From positions 1 to 64,000 of the forward strand of contig JBHIEG010000002.1 in NCBI GenBank assembly GCA_046760505.1: a DNA stretch of 64,000 nt, written 5' to 3'. Position numbers and translations under genes: made by a program. How positions within the stretch are numbered: the first letter of the stretch is position 1; each line of letters opens with the position of its first letter. The notes under the pieces are model-generated. The model saw only the letters and a program-made list of their open reading frames with translations. It was not told the DNA's origin and searched no databases. This document shows positions 1-8,591 of this stretch, piece after piece. Source of the stretch: Candidatus Hydrothermarchaeota archaeon (GTDB lineage Archaea; CAYFZR01).

Positions 1-244
1 CATCCTTTACAACACTGAAATCATCGACAAAGCCTAGTTTAACAAAGGCTTCTAAGACCTTTCTACGGGTCTCTTCAGGATTCTTACCAGCCTCTATCTC
101 AACACCCTTCTCCTCGAGATATCTCCTAATGTTCTTTCCTACTTCCCTAGCTATAGCTTCACGGGAGACATTTTCATACTTGGATAAAGCAATGCCCAAG
201 CCATAAATAATGGCGTCGTAAATGAGGCGTTCTTCTTTACTCAT
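1..244 (-). CDS. Hypothetical protein, truncated at window edge (possibly V4R/hydrocarbon-binding-like)
   Basis: Hand translation MSKEERLIYDAIIYGLGIALSKYENVSREAIAREVGKNIRRYLEEKG..., open to position 1; GGAGTTGA SD-like sequence upstream (alternative TTG start at 256). Confidence 0.6.
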   Translation of the reverse strand, partial: MSKEERLIYDAIIYGLGIALSKYENVSREAIAREVGKNIRRYLEEKGVEIEAGKNPEETRRKVLEAFVKLGFVDDFSVVKD

Positions 245-520
245 CGAAACTCGCAAGTCATCAACTCCCTTTACAAGCCCAACCATTCTGTCCGAGTTTG
301 AGTTTTTCAAGAAGTGAAAAACCAACTTCTTTATGTGTTTGTGAGTATTTTGTTTAACCTTTATTAAATACCTTTTTGATTTTGGTTTTAGTTTAGATAA
401 ATTCCTTATTGTCCGGGTATTCCGTATTTTGGGAAGATAAACCGAGATTTTTTCTATATATAGCCATATATAGATTATATATGTAAACTATATATTGGCT
501 CGGCTTCCAAACCTGTTTCA

Positions 521-1543
521 ATGCTTCCGCCATTATTTCTACTTTTATCTCTAGCAATTGCCTTCTATATGGCATGGAACATCGGAGCAAATGATCTAGC
601 AAACGCTATGGGAACTTCAGTAGGTTCTAAAGCATTAACCGTGAGAAGAGCGGTTTTGGTTGCTGCTATTTTTAATTTCTCTGGTGCCACTCTCGCAGGG
701 AAACATGTGACAGAAACGATAAGGAAAGGTGTTGTAAATCCTAGTCACATAAACGACCCGAGCATGCTTGCAATAGGAGCCTTTGCTGCCTTAATAGCGG
801 CTTCACTTTGGATTACATTCGCTACGTGGAAAGGCTTGCCAGTCTCAACCACTCATTCAATTGTCGGAGCGGTAATTGGATATGGAATCGTTGTGGGTGG
901 CTTGGGATGCGTCTCATGGAAAAAAGTAGTCCATATAGTTGGGAGCTGGATTTTCTCCCCATTAGCTGGTGCAGTACTTGCATTCATAACCTTTTTTCTG
1001 ATAAGAAAATTCATTTTGGATAAGGCAAACGATCGAATGAAAATAGAAAGGACTTTTGCTTTTTTACAAGTTATGACCGCTTCTTATGTGGCATTTGCTC
1101 ATGGTTCAAACGATGTGGCGAATGCCATAGGACCCATGAACACCATCTTAAATTACGCACAACCAGGGACAAATTTGGAAATGGCTGCCAAACTCCCTGT
1201 TCCCAAATGGCTTTTGATGTTTGGCGGATTTGGAATTATGGTTGGTATGGCTTCTTGGGGCTATAGGGTAATAAGGACGGTGGGAGAAAAAGTAACAGAA
1301 TTGTCACCAACAAGAGGTTTTTCAGCTGAATTTGCCACTGCTACAATAGTCCTGCTACATTCCTTCAGCTCACTTCCGATATCCACCACTCATACGCTTG
1401 TAGGATCCGTATTAGGGGTGGGGCTAGCCGGAGGTATTAGAGCGTTAGATTTCAGAGTTGTGTTAAACATAGTTGCATCTTGGATTATTACAATACCCGT
1501 TACCGCATTTCTTTCCGCAGTATTTACGTCTATCTTGATTTAA
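521..1543 (+). CDS. pitA: PiT family inorganic phosphate transporter
   Basis: GANDLANAMGTSVGS and HGSNDVANAIGP PiT signatures; PVSTTH motifs; multi-TM. Confidence 0.95.
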   Translation: MLPPLFLLLSLAIAFYMAWNIGANDLANAMGTSVGSKALTVRRAVLVAAIFNFSGATLAGKHVTETIRKGVVNPSHINDPSMLAIGAFAALIAASLWITFATWKGLPVSTTHSIVGAVIGYGIVVGGLGCVSWKKVVHIVGSWIFSPLAGAVLAFITFFLIRKFILDKANDRMKIERTFAFLQVMTASYVAFAHGSNDVANAIGPMNTILNYAQPGTNLEMAAKLPVPKWLLMFGGFGIMVGMASWGYRVIRTVGEKVTELSPTRGFSAEFATATIVLLHSFSSLPISTTHTLVGSVLGVGLAGGIRALDFRVVLNIVASWIITIPVTAFLSAVFTSILI

Positions 1544-1606
1544 CAACCATCCGTGGCAGGGCATACTCACGATCACTTTAAGTATAATGTTAACCACTTA
1601 GATTCC

Positions 1607-2293
1607 ATGCCTTACATTAGAGACTTCTTGACCATAATAGCAAAGTCACCATTCGGTCCTCTGAGAGAGCATTCAGAAAAGGTCAGAGAAGCGGTGATCT
1701 TAACCGACGAACTGGTAGATGCGTTCTGCGAAAATGATAGAGAAAAAGTGGAGGAACTTACAGAAAAAATATCCTCAATAGAAGAAGAGGCAGACGCCAT
1801 AAAAAGAGGAATAAAGGACCACATACCCAAGACGACATTTTTGCCTGTAGACAGAGGGGATATTTTAACCTGGTTGGACTCCCAGGACGATGTTGCTAAC
1901 GCAGCGGAGGACGCTGCCAAACTCATGACTATAATAACCGCAGAGAGATTACCTGAACCTTTCAAAGATTCCCTGAGGAGCCTGACAAAAAAAAGTATAG
2001 AGGCTGTGAACACTCTTAATAATTTAAACATAGAAATTGAAAAGGAATTAGAATCCATTTTAAGGAGGAGAGATTCAAAAATCTATGATATGATATTGGA
2101 AATAAACAGAAAAGAGGGAGAGGCTGACGAGATTGAGAAGAAAGCCCTGAAAAATTTACTTGATAGCAAAGACGAGTTAGATCCGATTATAGTAATTTAC
2201 ACAAACAAGATTGCGGAGCAGATAGGAGAGATAGCAAATAAAGCCGAAGAGACTGCAGAGAGAATCAGAACAGTGATCTCAAGGAAGAAATAA
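1607..2293 (+). CDS. DUF47/PhoU-like phosphate transport regulator (TIGR00153-type)
   Basis: KSPF..L.EH and E.EAD.IK..I...P.DR.D motifs; follows the PiT gene; ATG at 1607 is the likely start. Confidence 0.9.
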   Translation: MPYIRDFLTIIAKSPFGPLREHSEKVREAVILTDELVDAFCENDREKVEELTEKISSIEEEADAIKRGIKDHIPKTTFLPVDRGDILTWLDSQDDVANAAEDAAKLMTIITAERLPEPFKDSLRSLTKKSIEAVNTLNNLNIEIEKELESILRRRDSKIYDMILEINRKEGEADEIEKKALKNLLDSKDELDPIIVIYTNKIAEQIGEIANKAEETAERIRTVISRKK

Positions 2294-2354
2294 GTTTTCA
2301 GTTAAGTTTGATGAACCAAAAAATTTTTCTATGTAAATACAAACCTAACAACAG

Positions 2355-2429
2355 GCCGCCATGGTGTAGTCCGGACAATCATGTGGGCCTCTCGAGCCCA
2401 CGACCCGGGTTCAAATCCCGGTGGCGGCA
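2355..2429 (+). tRNA. tRNA-Glu(CTC)
   Basis: Acceptor stem GCCGCCA/TGGCGGC; anticodon arm TGGGC-CTCTCGA-GCCCA; T loop TTCAAAT. Confidence 0.95.
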
Positions 2430-2462
2430 TTTTTTAATCCTTTATTGGAAAAAATCTCATTC

Positions 2463-2834
2463 CTAGTTCCTCACTAACATAATTCCAATTCCTATTAAGA
2501 TAAGACCTATAAAAGATGCTAACAAACTCCAAACGAAGGCGTAAATAAAAATAAAAGCAATTATTGGTGCTTTTTTTGGTGCAAGATAACTTACAACCGG
2601 TAAAATGGCAAGTTCAATGCCAATTGCAACAAAAAAATAGCCAACCAATTTTTTTGTTTTGTTTTTATACAAAAGATACGCAAAAATTAATGTAGATAGA
2701 AGTACCAGTAAAAAGCCATATTTTCCGAAAAATCTAAAAATTACGCCCACCGGAGTAAGTGCGATTTCAATCAAACCGATGTATGCAATGGCAAATCCAA
2801 ATAGAAGCGCGAGTATTGCATCAATGATTTTCAT
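2463..2834 (-). CDS. Hypothetical 4-TM membrane protein
   Basis: 123 aa ORF of hydrophobic helices; 26 nt downstream of the CHAT-like gene on the same strand. Confidence 0.65.
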   Translation of the reverse strand: MKIIDAILALLFGFAIAYIGLIEIALTPVGVIFRFFGKYGFLLVLLSTLIFAYLLYKNKTKKLVGYFFVAIGIELAILPVVSYLAPKKAPIIAFIFIYAFVWSLLASFIGLILIGIGIMLVRN

Positions 2835-2860
2835 AGATTTATTCTCTAATAATATTTTTG

Positions 2861-4897
2861 TTATACTTTAATAATTTTCTCTGCCTCATCTGTCCAATAA
2901 AGTTTATCTTTGTATATTAGCGGAGCCATCTTAGATGAAATCATTTTTATTAATGTTTTCTTTTTTGTTTTAAACCTTGCTTTATTTCCAATCAAATAAA
3001 ATTTATTGTTTTCATTGATATACGGATAAAAGAATGAACCTATACCCAGAAAATCAGAGGCCTTGACTCCTACATTTATGTCTTCACCTAAATCCTCCAG
3101 TTCATAAATAAAAGATAAGTTAAAACTTGGATTCTGCATCAGGTGGTATTCTGAGTTTCCCAACACAAGATAATCTCTTCCATAAACCGATGTCAGTCGT
3201 GCAAGTTCCATGGCTTTTCCAATGGAAAAGCCAGCGCTCAGTAGCCTAGAGAAGTTATAACCAATTTTTAACGCTGCTTCATTGCACACACTGAAAAGTG
3301 TAACTATTCCTGCGACCGATCCTTTTTTTATTAGACCTTCCCCTTCCTCATAGCTTCTACATGCATTTAGGAAAAATGCAGGAGTGTTGTTCTCCTCAAT
3401 ATCCTTTGCCCTTAATGATCCATCGCTACAAACAAATCCATCATCACAATGACCTATGTAATGGATTAAGTCAAATCCATGGGCAAAAAGATCTGAAAGG
3501 TCATCTTTACTCAAAAAGTCGTAAATATTTGTCTTTAGAGGTATATCTTTCCTTTTTCTGTATATACTCTTTACCAATTCCATTTCCTCTAGCATCTTGT
3601 GATCGTTTAATACTAAAGCAATTTTTATTTTCTTCTTCTTTTTACCGTTGTATCTTATTTGATTAAAAAATGCTTCTTCACTTGATTTTGCACAGTCTAT
3701 TACCACCTCCTCAGATAGCCAGAGGTGATTTTGCGCCTCCTTCAGATGAGGTTTTCCTACTCTCCTACTGGAAGAATCGAGGAGATCTCCTCTGAAAAAT
3801 TTTTGCAATGACATCTTTATTATTTCTCTCTCAGATATGGGTTCATATCTTGGCAAGTATATTAAGGAGAGATTGTTCAGAAGGAAAGGTATTGACCTTA
3901 AATTCTCCAACCGAGGCTTTACATATGAAGAAAGGTGCCATTTTGGCATGTAACTTTTAATCTTTTCGTCCGGAACATCTAGATAAACTGGCAGTTGTTT
4001 TTCAATACTTTTGTAGTACAATTTGTCGATATCCAGATCTATATCATTCAGAACCTCCGACTCGTTCAAATTAACCTTATATAATCCCGCGTTTCTTACA
4101 AGACAATCCAAGAAGAAAATCTTTTGAAGTATCCAGTTTACCTCGTTTTCGAATTCTGGAAATTCAGGCAAACGATATTCAAAGTCATTCGACACTATTC
4201 TTGGCACTCCAAATCTTATATCAGCGAGCAGATAATATGCTAGAGGCGCAACCGTATAGATATATTCTAATTTCTCAGGAATAAAAATCTCAACGCCTGA
4301 TGATGGTTTCTCTAAGTTATCTGGAGCTTCGAAGCGATCAGAGAATTCTATCAAAGGTGGGTGCCCTCTCAAGGTAGGGTAACTTCTTTCACATGTATTG
4401 GTTTTTATAGAGGAGGAAAAAAGAGATATCGCATTTGCAATGTCCTTAAGATCCTTTGTAACTTTTATGGTAAATTCTGGTCTTTTATGATAGGATCTTA
4501 CGCCGAATATTATCTCTCTTTCCTTATCGAACTCCAATGAAATTTCTGTGCATTCTTCTATCTTTCTAGACTTTATTTTTATTTCTGAATCTAAAAATGC
4601 ATATATTTTTACATGCGAATTGATTTCAATTATGTATTTGTTTTTTGGAAGGGTAAAAAATGCACTATTCTCTATCTGCCTTACAATCTCGTAGGTATCA
4701 TAATTTCTTACAAATGTTAGGAAATTTTCGTACCTCACTTCTTTACAAAAACCAGAGAAGGTAATATCTACTGGGTATTTAAAACCAAAATGGTTCTCGG
4801 TAAATTTAAATTCATTGCAACGTAGGATGGTGAATTTTCCTTCTATCGTGTCATATATGTTAAGTCCTTCGCCGTCGTATTCGATATGAATCGTCAT
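2861..4897 (-). CDS. Large protein with C-terminal CHAT/caspase-like (clan CD) peptidase domain
   Basis: FDLIHYIGHCDDGFVCSDG and AFFLNACRS motifs (His/Cys dyad); N-terminal ERSYPTLRGHPP motif; SD GGAG. Confidence 0.7.
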   Translation of the reverse strand: MTIHIEYDGEGLNIYDTIEGKFTILRCNEFKFTENHFGFKYPVDITFSGFCKEVRYENFLTFVRNYDTYEIVRQIENSAFFTLPKNKYIIEINSHVKIYAFLDSEIKIKSRKIEECTEISLEFDKEREIIFGVRSYHKRPEFTIKVTKDLKDIANAISLFSSSIKTNTCERSYPTLRGHPPLIEFSDRFEAPDNLEKPSSGVEIFIPEKLEYIYTVAPLAYYLLADIRFGVPRIVSNDFEYRLPEFPEFENEVNWILQKIFFLDCLVRNAGLYKVNLNESEVLNDIDLDIDKLYYKSIEKQLPVYLDVPDEKIKSYMPKWHLSSYVKPRLENLRSIPFLLNNLSLIYLPRYEPISEREIIKMSLQKFFRGDLLDSSSRRVGKPHLKEAQNHLWLSEEVVIDCAKSSEEAFFNQIRYNGKKKKKIKIALVLNDHKMLEEMELVKSIYRKRKDIPLKTNIYDFLSKDDLSDLFAHGFDLIHYIGHCDDGFVCSDGSLRAKDIEENNTPAFFLNACRSYEEGEGLIKKGSVAGIVTLFSVCNEAALKIGYNFSRLLSAGFSIGKAMELARLTSVYGRDYLVLGNSEYHLMQNPSFNLSFIYELEDLGEDINVGVKASDFLGIGSFFYPYINENNKFYLIGNKARFKTKKKTLIKMISSKMAPLIYKDKLYWTDEAEKIIKV

Positions 4898-5099
4898 AAA
4901 CTCCCTAGCCCTTTGTGATGAAGTAAATTTTGCATATTCAAGTATATATTGTTTTTTGCAAATTTATGAAAATTTTTCCCGCTTGAAAATTGAGGATGGT
5001 TTTGGTAGAATGAGTGTCTTAATTCTCGAGTTTAAAATACTTTTATTGAAAATACAAATACTTAATCAAACATCAAAAAAATAATGATGAAGAAAATTG

Positions 5100-5306
5100 T
5101 TATAATCGTTTAACTGCCAGTTTTATATCTTCTAGCTTTACAGTTTTTCTACCAGCATGACTTGCAAGGTTGATAGCCTCAGCGGCTATTTTTTCTCCGT
5201 ACTCTTCTATTAACTCTGCCAGTGCTTCTTTTGCATCTTCACTCACTCTTTCCGCACCCGCCCTTCTGATTATTCTGTCAACAGGTGCAAGAGGCAATTC
5301 AACCAT
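5100..5306 (-). CDS. Archaeal histone (HMf family)
   Basis: [29 protein letters not shown]...[15 protein letters not shown]. Confidence 0.97.
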   Translation of the reverse strand: MVELPLAPVDRIIRRAGAERVSEDAKEALAELIEEYGEKIAAEAINLASHAGRKTVKLEDIKLAVKRL

Positions 5307-5441
5307 GGACACTTCACCCCCATCCTATCTCCTAAGTATTCAAGCAATTTCAACCTCTAAGGGTGATAATCTACTATATAAGTTTTTGGAAAATCGAGTT
5401 AATTAGAAAGATAAATATAGAGCAAAGAAAGGATTTATATC

Positions 5442-6485
5442 ATGGGAAAACTTCTTTACGCTAAGACAAATAGGAATAATAAGATAAAGGTTGAAGATGA
5501 AATCTTTTTCGAGGCCACAGATGAGGACGGAGTTGTTCACGAAAATGCTATTATTGAGATAGTGAACAGCGAGTATGAAAGATATCTCATCAAATCAGGC
5601 GAGAAATTTTCCTTTGAGTATCCCGGAATTTATAAAATAAGACCACTTTTAGAAGGATTTAGAGGAAAAATAACCGAGATTAGAGTAATATCCGAGGTTA
5701 TAATATCAGTTGATCCTGAAAAGCCCACTTTATCCACTCCGATAAGAATAACCACCAAATCAACAAATGGTAGGCCAATATCCGGCTTAGATATTAAAAT
5801 TAAAGGAAATAAACAATTAATTAAGAGAAAAACAAATCAATACGGAGAGATTGTATTAAAGAAAGGATTTCTCCCTCCGGGGGACTACACAGTAATTGTT
5901 GGAGATACAGATCATATAAGGGGCTCCGAAACCAAGTTCTCGGTGCATCCCTTGGAAAGAATATCAATTTCTATAGAAAAAGAGAGAATAATGATAAAAG
6001 ACCAGTTTGGCAACTCCATTCCCGGAATAGTATTCCTTTTGGACTTAATAGAGAACGATTACACTAGATTAAAGGTATATGATAAATCTGAAATCGATAC
6101 CGAAAATCCTCTGATAGTTTGCGCTGGGACAAAGGTGTTGGATGAGGTAAAATCTTCATGTATTTTTGTATTTAAAAAACAACCCTTTGATTTATACGAG
6201 GCACTGAATTTGATGGACAAGGAATCCCTGCATACAATTGTTAGAATACTCTCCGAGGATATTAGATACGAACTGGAAGAATTTAAGGACTGGGGAGAGT
6301 TAGATTACTCAAAATCTACATTTATAAAAGCAGCCATATGCGAATTGCAGGAACGCATTGAGCCATTATACGAATACGACGAAGAACTCTTTAGAATAAT
6401 AGCCAAGAATTATGGTGATCTATCACCTAAAGATATCGTTGAAAGGCTCTTCGAGAAACTAAAGGTCTTGGTCGACTCCACTTGA
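5442..6485 (+). CDS. Hypothetical protein with Ig/carboxypeptidase-regulatory-like beta-sandwich domains
   Basis: GRPISGLDIKI...TNQYGEI...PPGDYTVIV pattern; no signal peptide; helical C-terminus. Confidence 0.6.
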   Translation: MGKLLYAKTNRNNKIKVEDEIFFEATDEDGVVHENAIIEIVNSEYERYLIKSGEKFSFEYPGIYKIRPLLEGFRGKITEIRVISEVIISVDPEKPTLSTPIRITTKSTNGRPISGLDIKIKGNKQLIKRKTNQYGEIVLKKGFLPPGDYTVIVGDTDHIRGSETKFSVHPLERISISIEKERIMIKDQFGNSIPGIVFLLDLIENDYTRLKVYDKSEIDTENPLIVCAGTKVLDEVKSSCIFVFKKQPFDLYEALNLMDKESLHTIVRILSEDIRYELEEFKDWGELDYSKSTFIKAAICELQERIEPLYEYDEELFRIIAKNYGDLSPKDIVERLFEKLKVLVDST

Positions 6486-7250
6486 AATTTCCATCAACCT
6501 TCCTATGATCTGCCTTTCTTTTGGATATTTGAGTACTGCTATTTTTTTTGGAGTACAATCATCTATATTCGTTATCACAATACTTGAATCTATTTTTTCT
6601 CCAATTGCTTTCTCGATGTACTCTCTCAACTCACCTAGAGTTATTCCTTTGAACTCTTTGGTACATTTCAATAACTTACCCATGGTCTTCTCTATTTTTT
6701 TAGATTTTAGTGCCTCCATTTGTTCCTGATAATTTCTGTATTCGATTTCATCTGCTGAATGAATTCCTAAATCGATAAAAATTTCGGTCGAGTCATCAAT
6801 TTTGGCTGCAAAACCTTCTCTTGGAATCCAATCCAGTGCCGTTAATCTTATTCCACTTTCCAGCCTTGTTATCTGGCCCCTTGTAAGAATTTTACCCTTT
6901 AAAAGGCTGTGATAGTTTCCTAAAAGATTTTCGAGACTTGTTTCATTCCTAGCTACTTCTATAACTGAATCTAAAAGAATTCGCAGGTGAAATATCTTTG
7001 CTTTAGGGACTTCTTCTTTAAGTTTGGATATCTTAACATTTCTGGTAAATGGAGATAGGGTTTGAAATACGTCAATGTTGGTCAATCCTTTACCTGATTC
7101 TGTTTCCTTGATACATACTCTGACGACCGCAGACTTACTAGCTCCCTTTAATAAAACGAGGTCCCCTTCTGAGATATTCAATTTTTTTGCATCTTCATCG
7201 GATATACACACGATATCTTCATCGATCGACTCATCTACTTCAAGATTCAA
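6459..7250 (-). CDS. Stand-alone Cdc48/VAT N-domain-like protein (no AAA ATPase module)
   Basis: IVCISDEDAKKLNISEGDLVLLKG (double-psi barrel) followed by a CDC48_2-like part (VPKAKIFHL...LLKGKILTRGQ...AKIDDSTEIFI); no Walker A/B. Confidence 0.6.
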   Translation of the reverse strand: MNLEVDESIDEDIVCISDEDAKKLNISEGDLVLLKGASKSAVVRVCIKETESGKGLTNIDVFQTLSPFTRNVKISKLKEEVPKAKIFHLRILLDSVIEVARNETSLENLLGNYHSLLKGKILTRGQITRLESGIRLTALDWIPREGFAAKIDDSTEIFIDLGIHSADEIEYRNYQEQMEALKSKKIEKTMGKLLKCTKEFKGITLGELREYIEKAIGEKIDSSIVITNIDDCTPKKIAVLKYPKERQIIGRLMEISSGVDQDL

Positions 7251-7255
7251 CCTTT

Positions 7256-8149
7256 TTACCTTCCTTTCGATTCCATTCCCAGTAATCTTCCTATTACATC
7301 AACTGCCTCGTGGAAGAATATGATCAAAAACAATGCAAATCCTAAGGCAATTCTGCTAACAATCGTTGACGGATAGTCCAATACGGGTGTTATCACCTCT
7401 TTTTTAACTATCTTCTTTCTCGTTTCCAGTTTGGTAATTATTTTCGTCACCTTCAATTTTGTAACTGCTATTTCTTCAAATAATTTCTTTAATTCTACCC
7501 CAGTGGGGGCAAAATAGTATTTTCCTCTGGGAGATATATCAGCGATGTATCTTAATAGTTCTTCATCAGCCTCTTTGCCGTATCCAATGGTATACATGTT
7601 GATTCCCATCATGCTCGCCTTTTTGGATACCAAGTTGGGATCAGATCCAAAATTGTAGCGCCCATCAGTAAACAGAACGATCACTTTTTTGTTGTTTTTA
7701 CCTCTTACAAGGATGTCCATTGATTTTTCTATTGCATCCCCGATTGCAGTGAAGTTTAATTCTGGTTCTATTTGATTAATTTTTTCCTTTATTTTTGTTT
7801 TGTTGTCCGTCAAATCTACCAAAACGCTGGCATTTCTGCCAAATGTAACAACACCTAGTGTTATGTTCTTTCCGGTAAGATCAACCAAGGAATTAGCAGC
7901 AAGCTTTGCGTAGTACATTTTGGACTTATTCGCAACATCGGGCCACTTCATACTGCCCGATGCATCCATAACTATCACTACATCGCTGGGTTCATATAGG
8001 GAAATGGTAACGTTCACAGGTACTTTTACCTCTACCGTTTCATTCACATAGGTTATCTTTTCCTTCAACTCTACCTTTGCAGCGAGAAATAAACTTCCTA
8101 AAAGAACTAGAAATATAATTCCAAATGCTATGATTCTTTGTAATTCCAT
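7256..8149 (-). CDS. Membrane-anchored VWA domain protein
   Basis: MIDAS DVVIVMDASGSM, T in FTAIGDAI, VLFTDG, MYTIGYG; N- and C-terminal hydrophobic helices. Confidence 0.9.
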   Translation of the reverse strand: MELQRIIAFGIIFLVLLGSLFLAAKVELKEKITYVNETVEVKVPVNVTISLYEPSDVVIVMDASGSMKWPDVANKSKMYYAKLAANSLVDLTGKNITLGVVTFGRNASVLVDLTDNKTKIKEKINQIEPELNFTAIGDAIEKSMDILVRGKNNKKVIVLFTDGRYNFGSDPNLVSKKASMMGINMYTIGYGKEADEELLRYIADISPRGKYYFAPTGVELKKLFEEIAVTKLKVTKIITKLETRKKIVKKEVITPVLDYPSTIVSRIALGFALFLIIFFHEAVDVIGRLLGMESKGR

Positions 8150-8153
8150 AACA

Positions 8154-8591
8154 TCACCTTGTAATTATTTCAAGAAACAATGCACCACCTATAAACACCA
8201 TTAGTAAATTTATGAATGTCAGCAACTTTAAAATGGATAAAAGAAAACCTTCCGCAATGGAAAATGCCATTACTCCAAAAAAGAATTCTACTACTACAAA
8301 CGCGGATCCTAATAAATACCAAGTTTTTCTCGTGCCGTATCTGAAAAGCGGTTCAAGAGTCCTTATCACTTGCATTCTTTTTACATAAACACCAAATAAA
8401 ATTCCAAAACCTGCTAGAAATGGAATTGTTGAGGAAAAAACGGCTATTAATCCTGCCAGCTTAGAACTCGTCAGCCCAAATGTATCTACTGCCAAAGAAG
8501 CGATTGCCAATTCAAGTATTGCCAGCAGTATTAGCCAAAATCCGAATATTCCTATCAAATTCCTCTCATATTTACGAATATACTCCCTCAT
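8154..8591 (-). CDS. Hypothetical multi-TM membrane protein
   Basis: About 4 hydrophobic helices; adjacent to both neighbouring operon genes. Confidence 0.7.
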   Translation of the reverse strand: MREYIRKYERNLIGIFGFWLILLAILELAIASLAVDTFGLTSSKLAGLIAVFSSTIPFLAGFGILFGVYVKRMQVIRTLEPLFRYGTRKTWYLLGSAFVVVEFFFGVMAFSIAEGFLLSILKLLTFINLLMVFIGGALFLEIITR

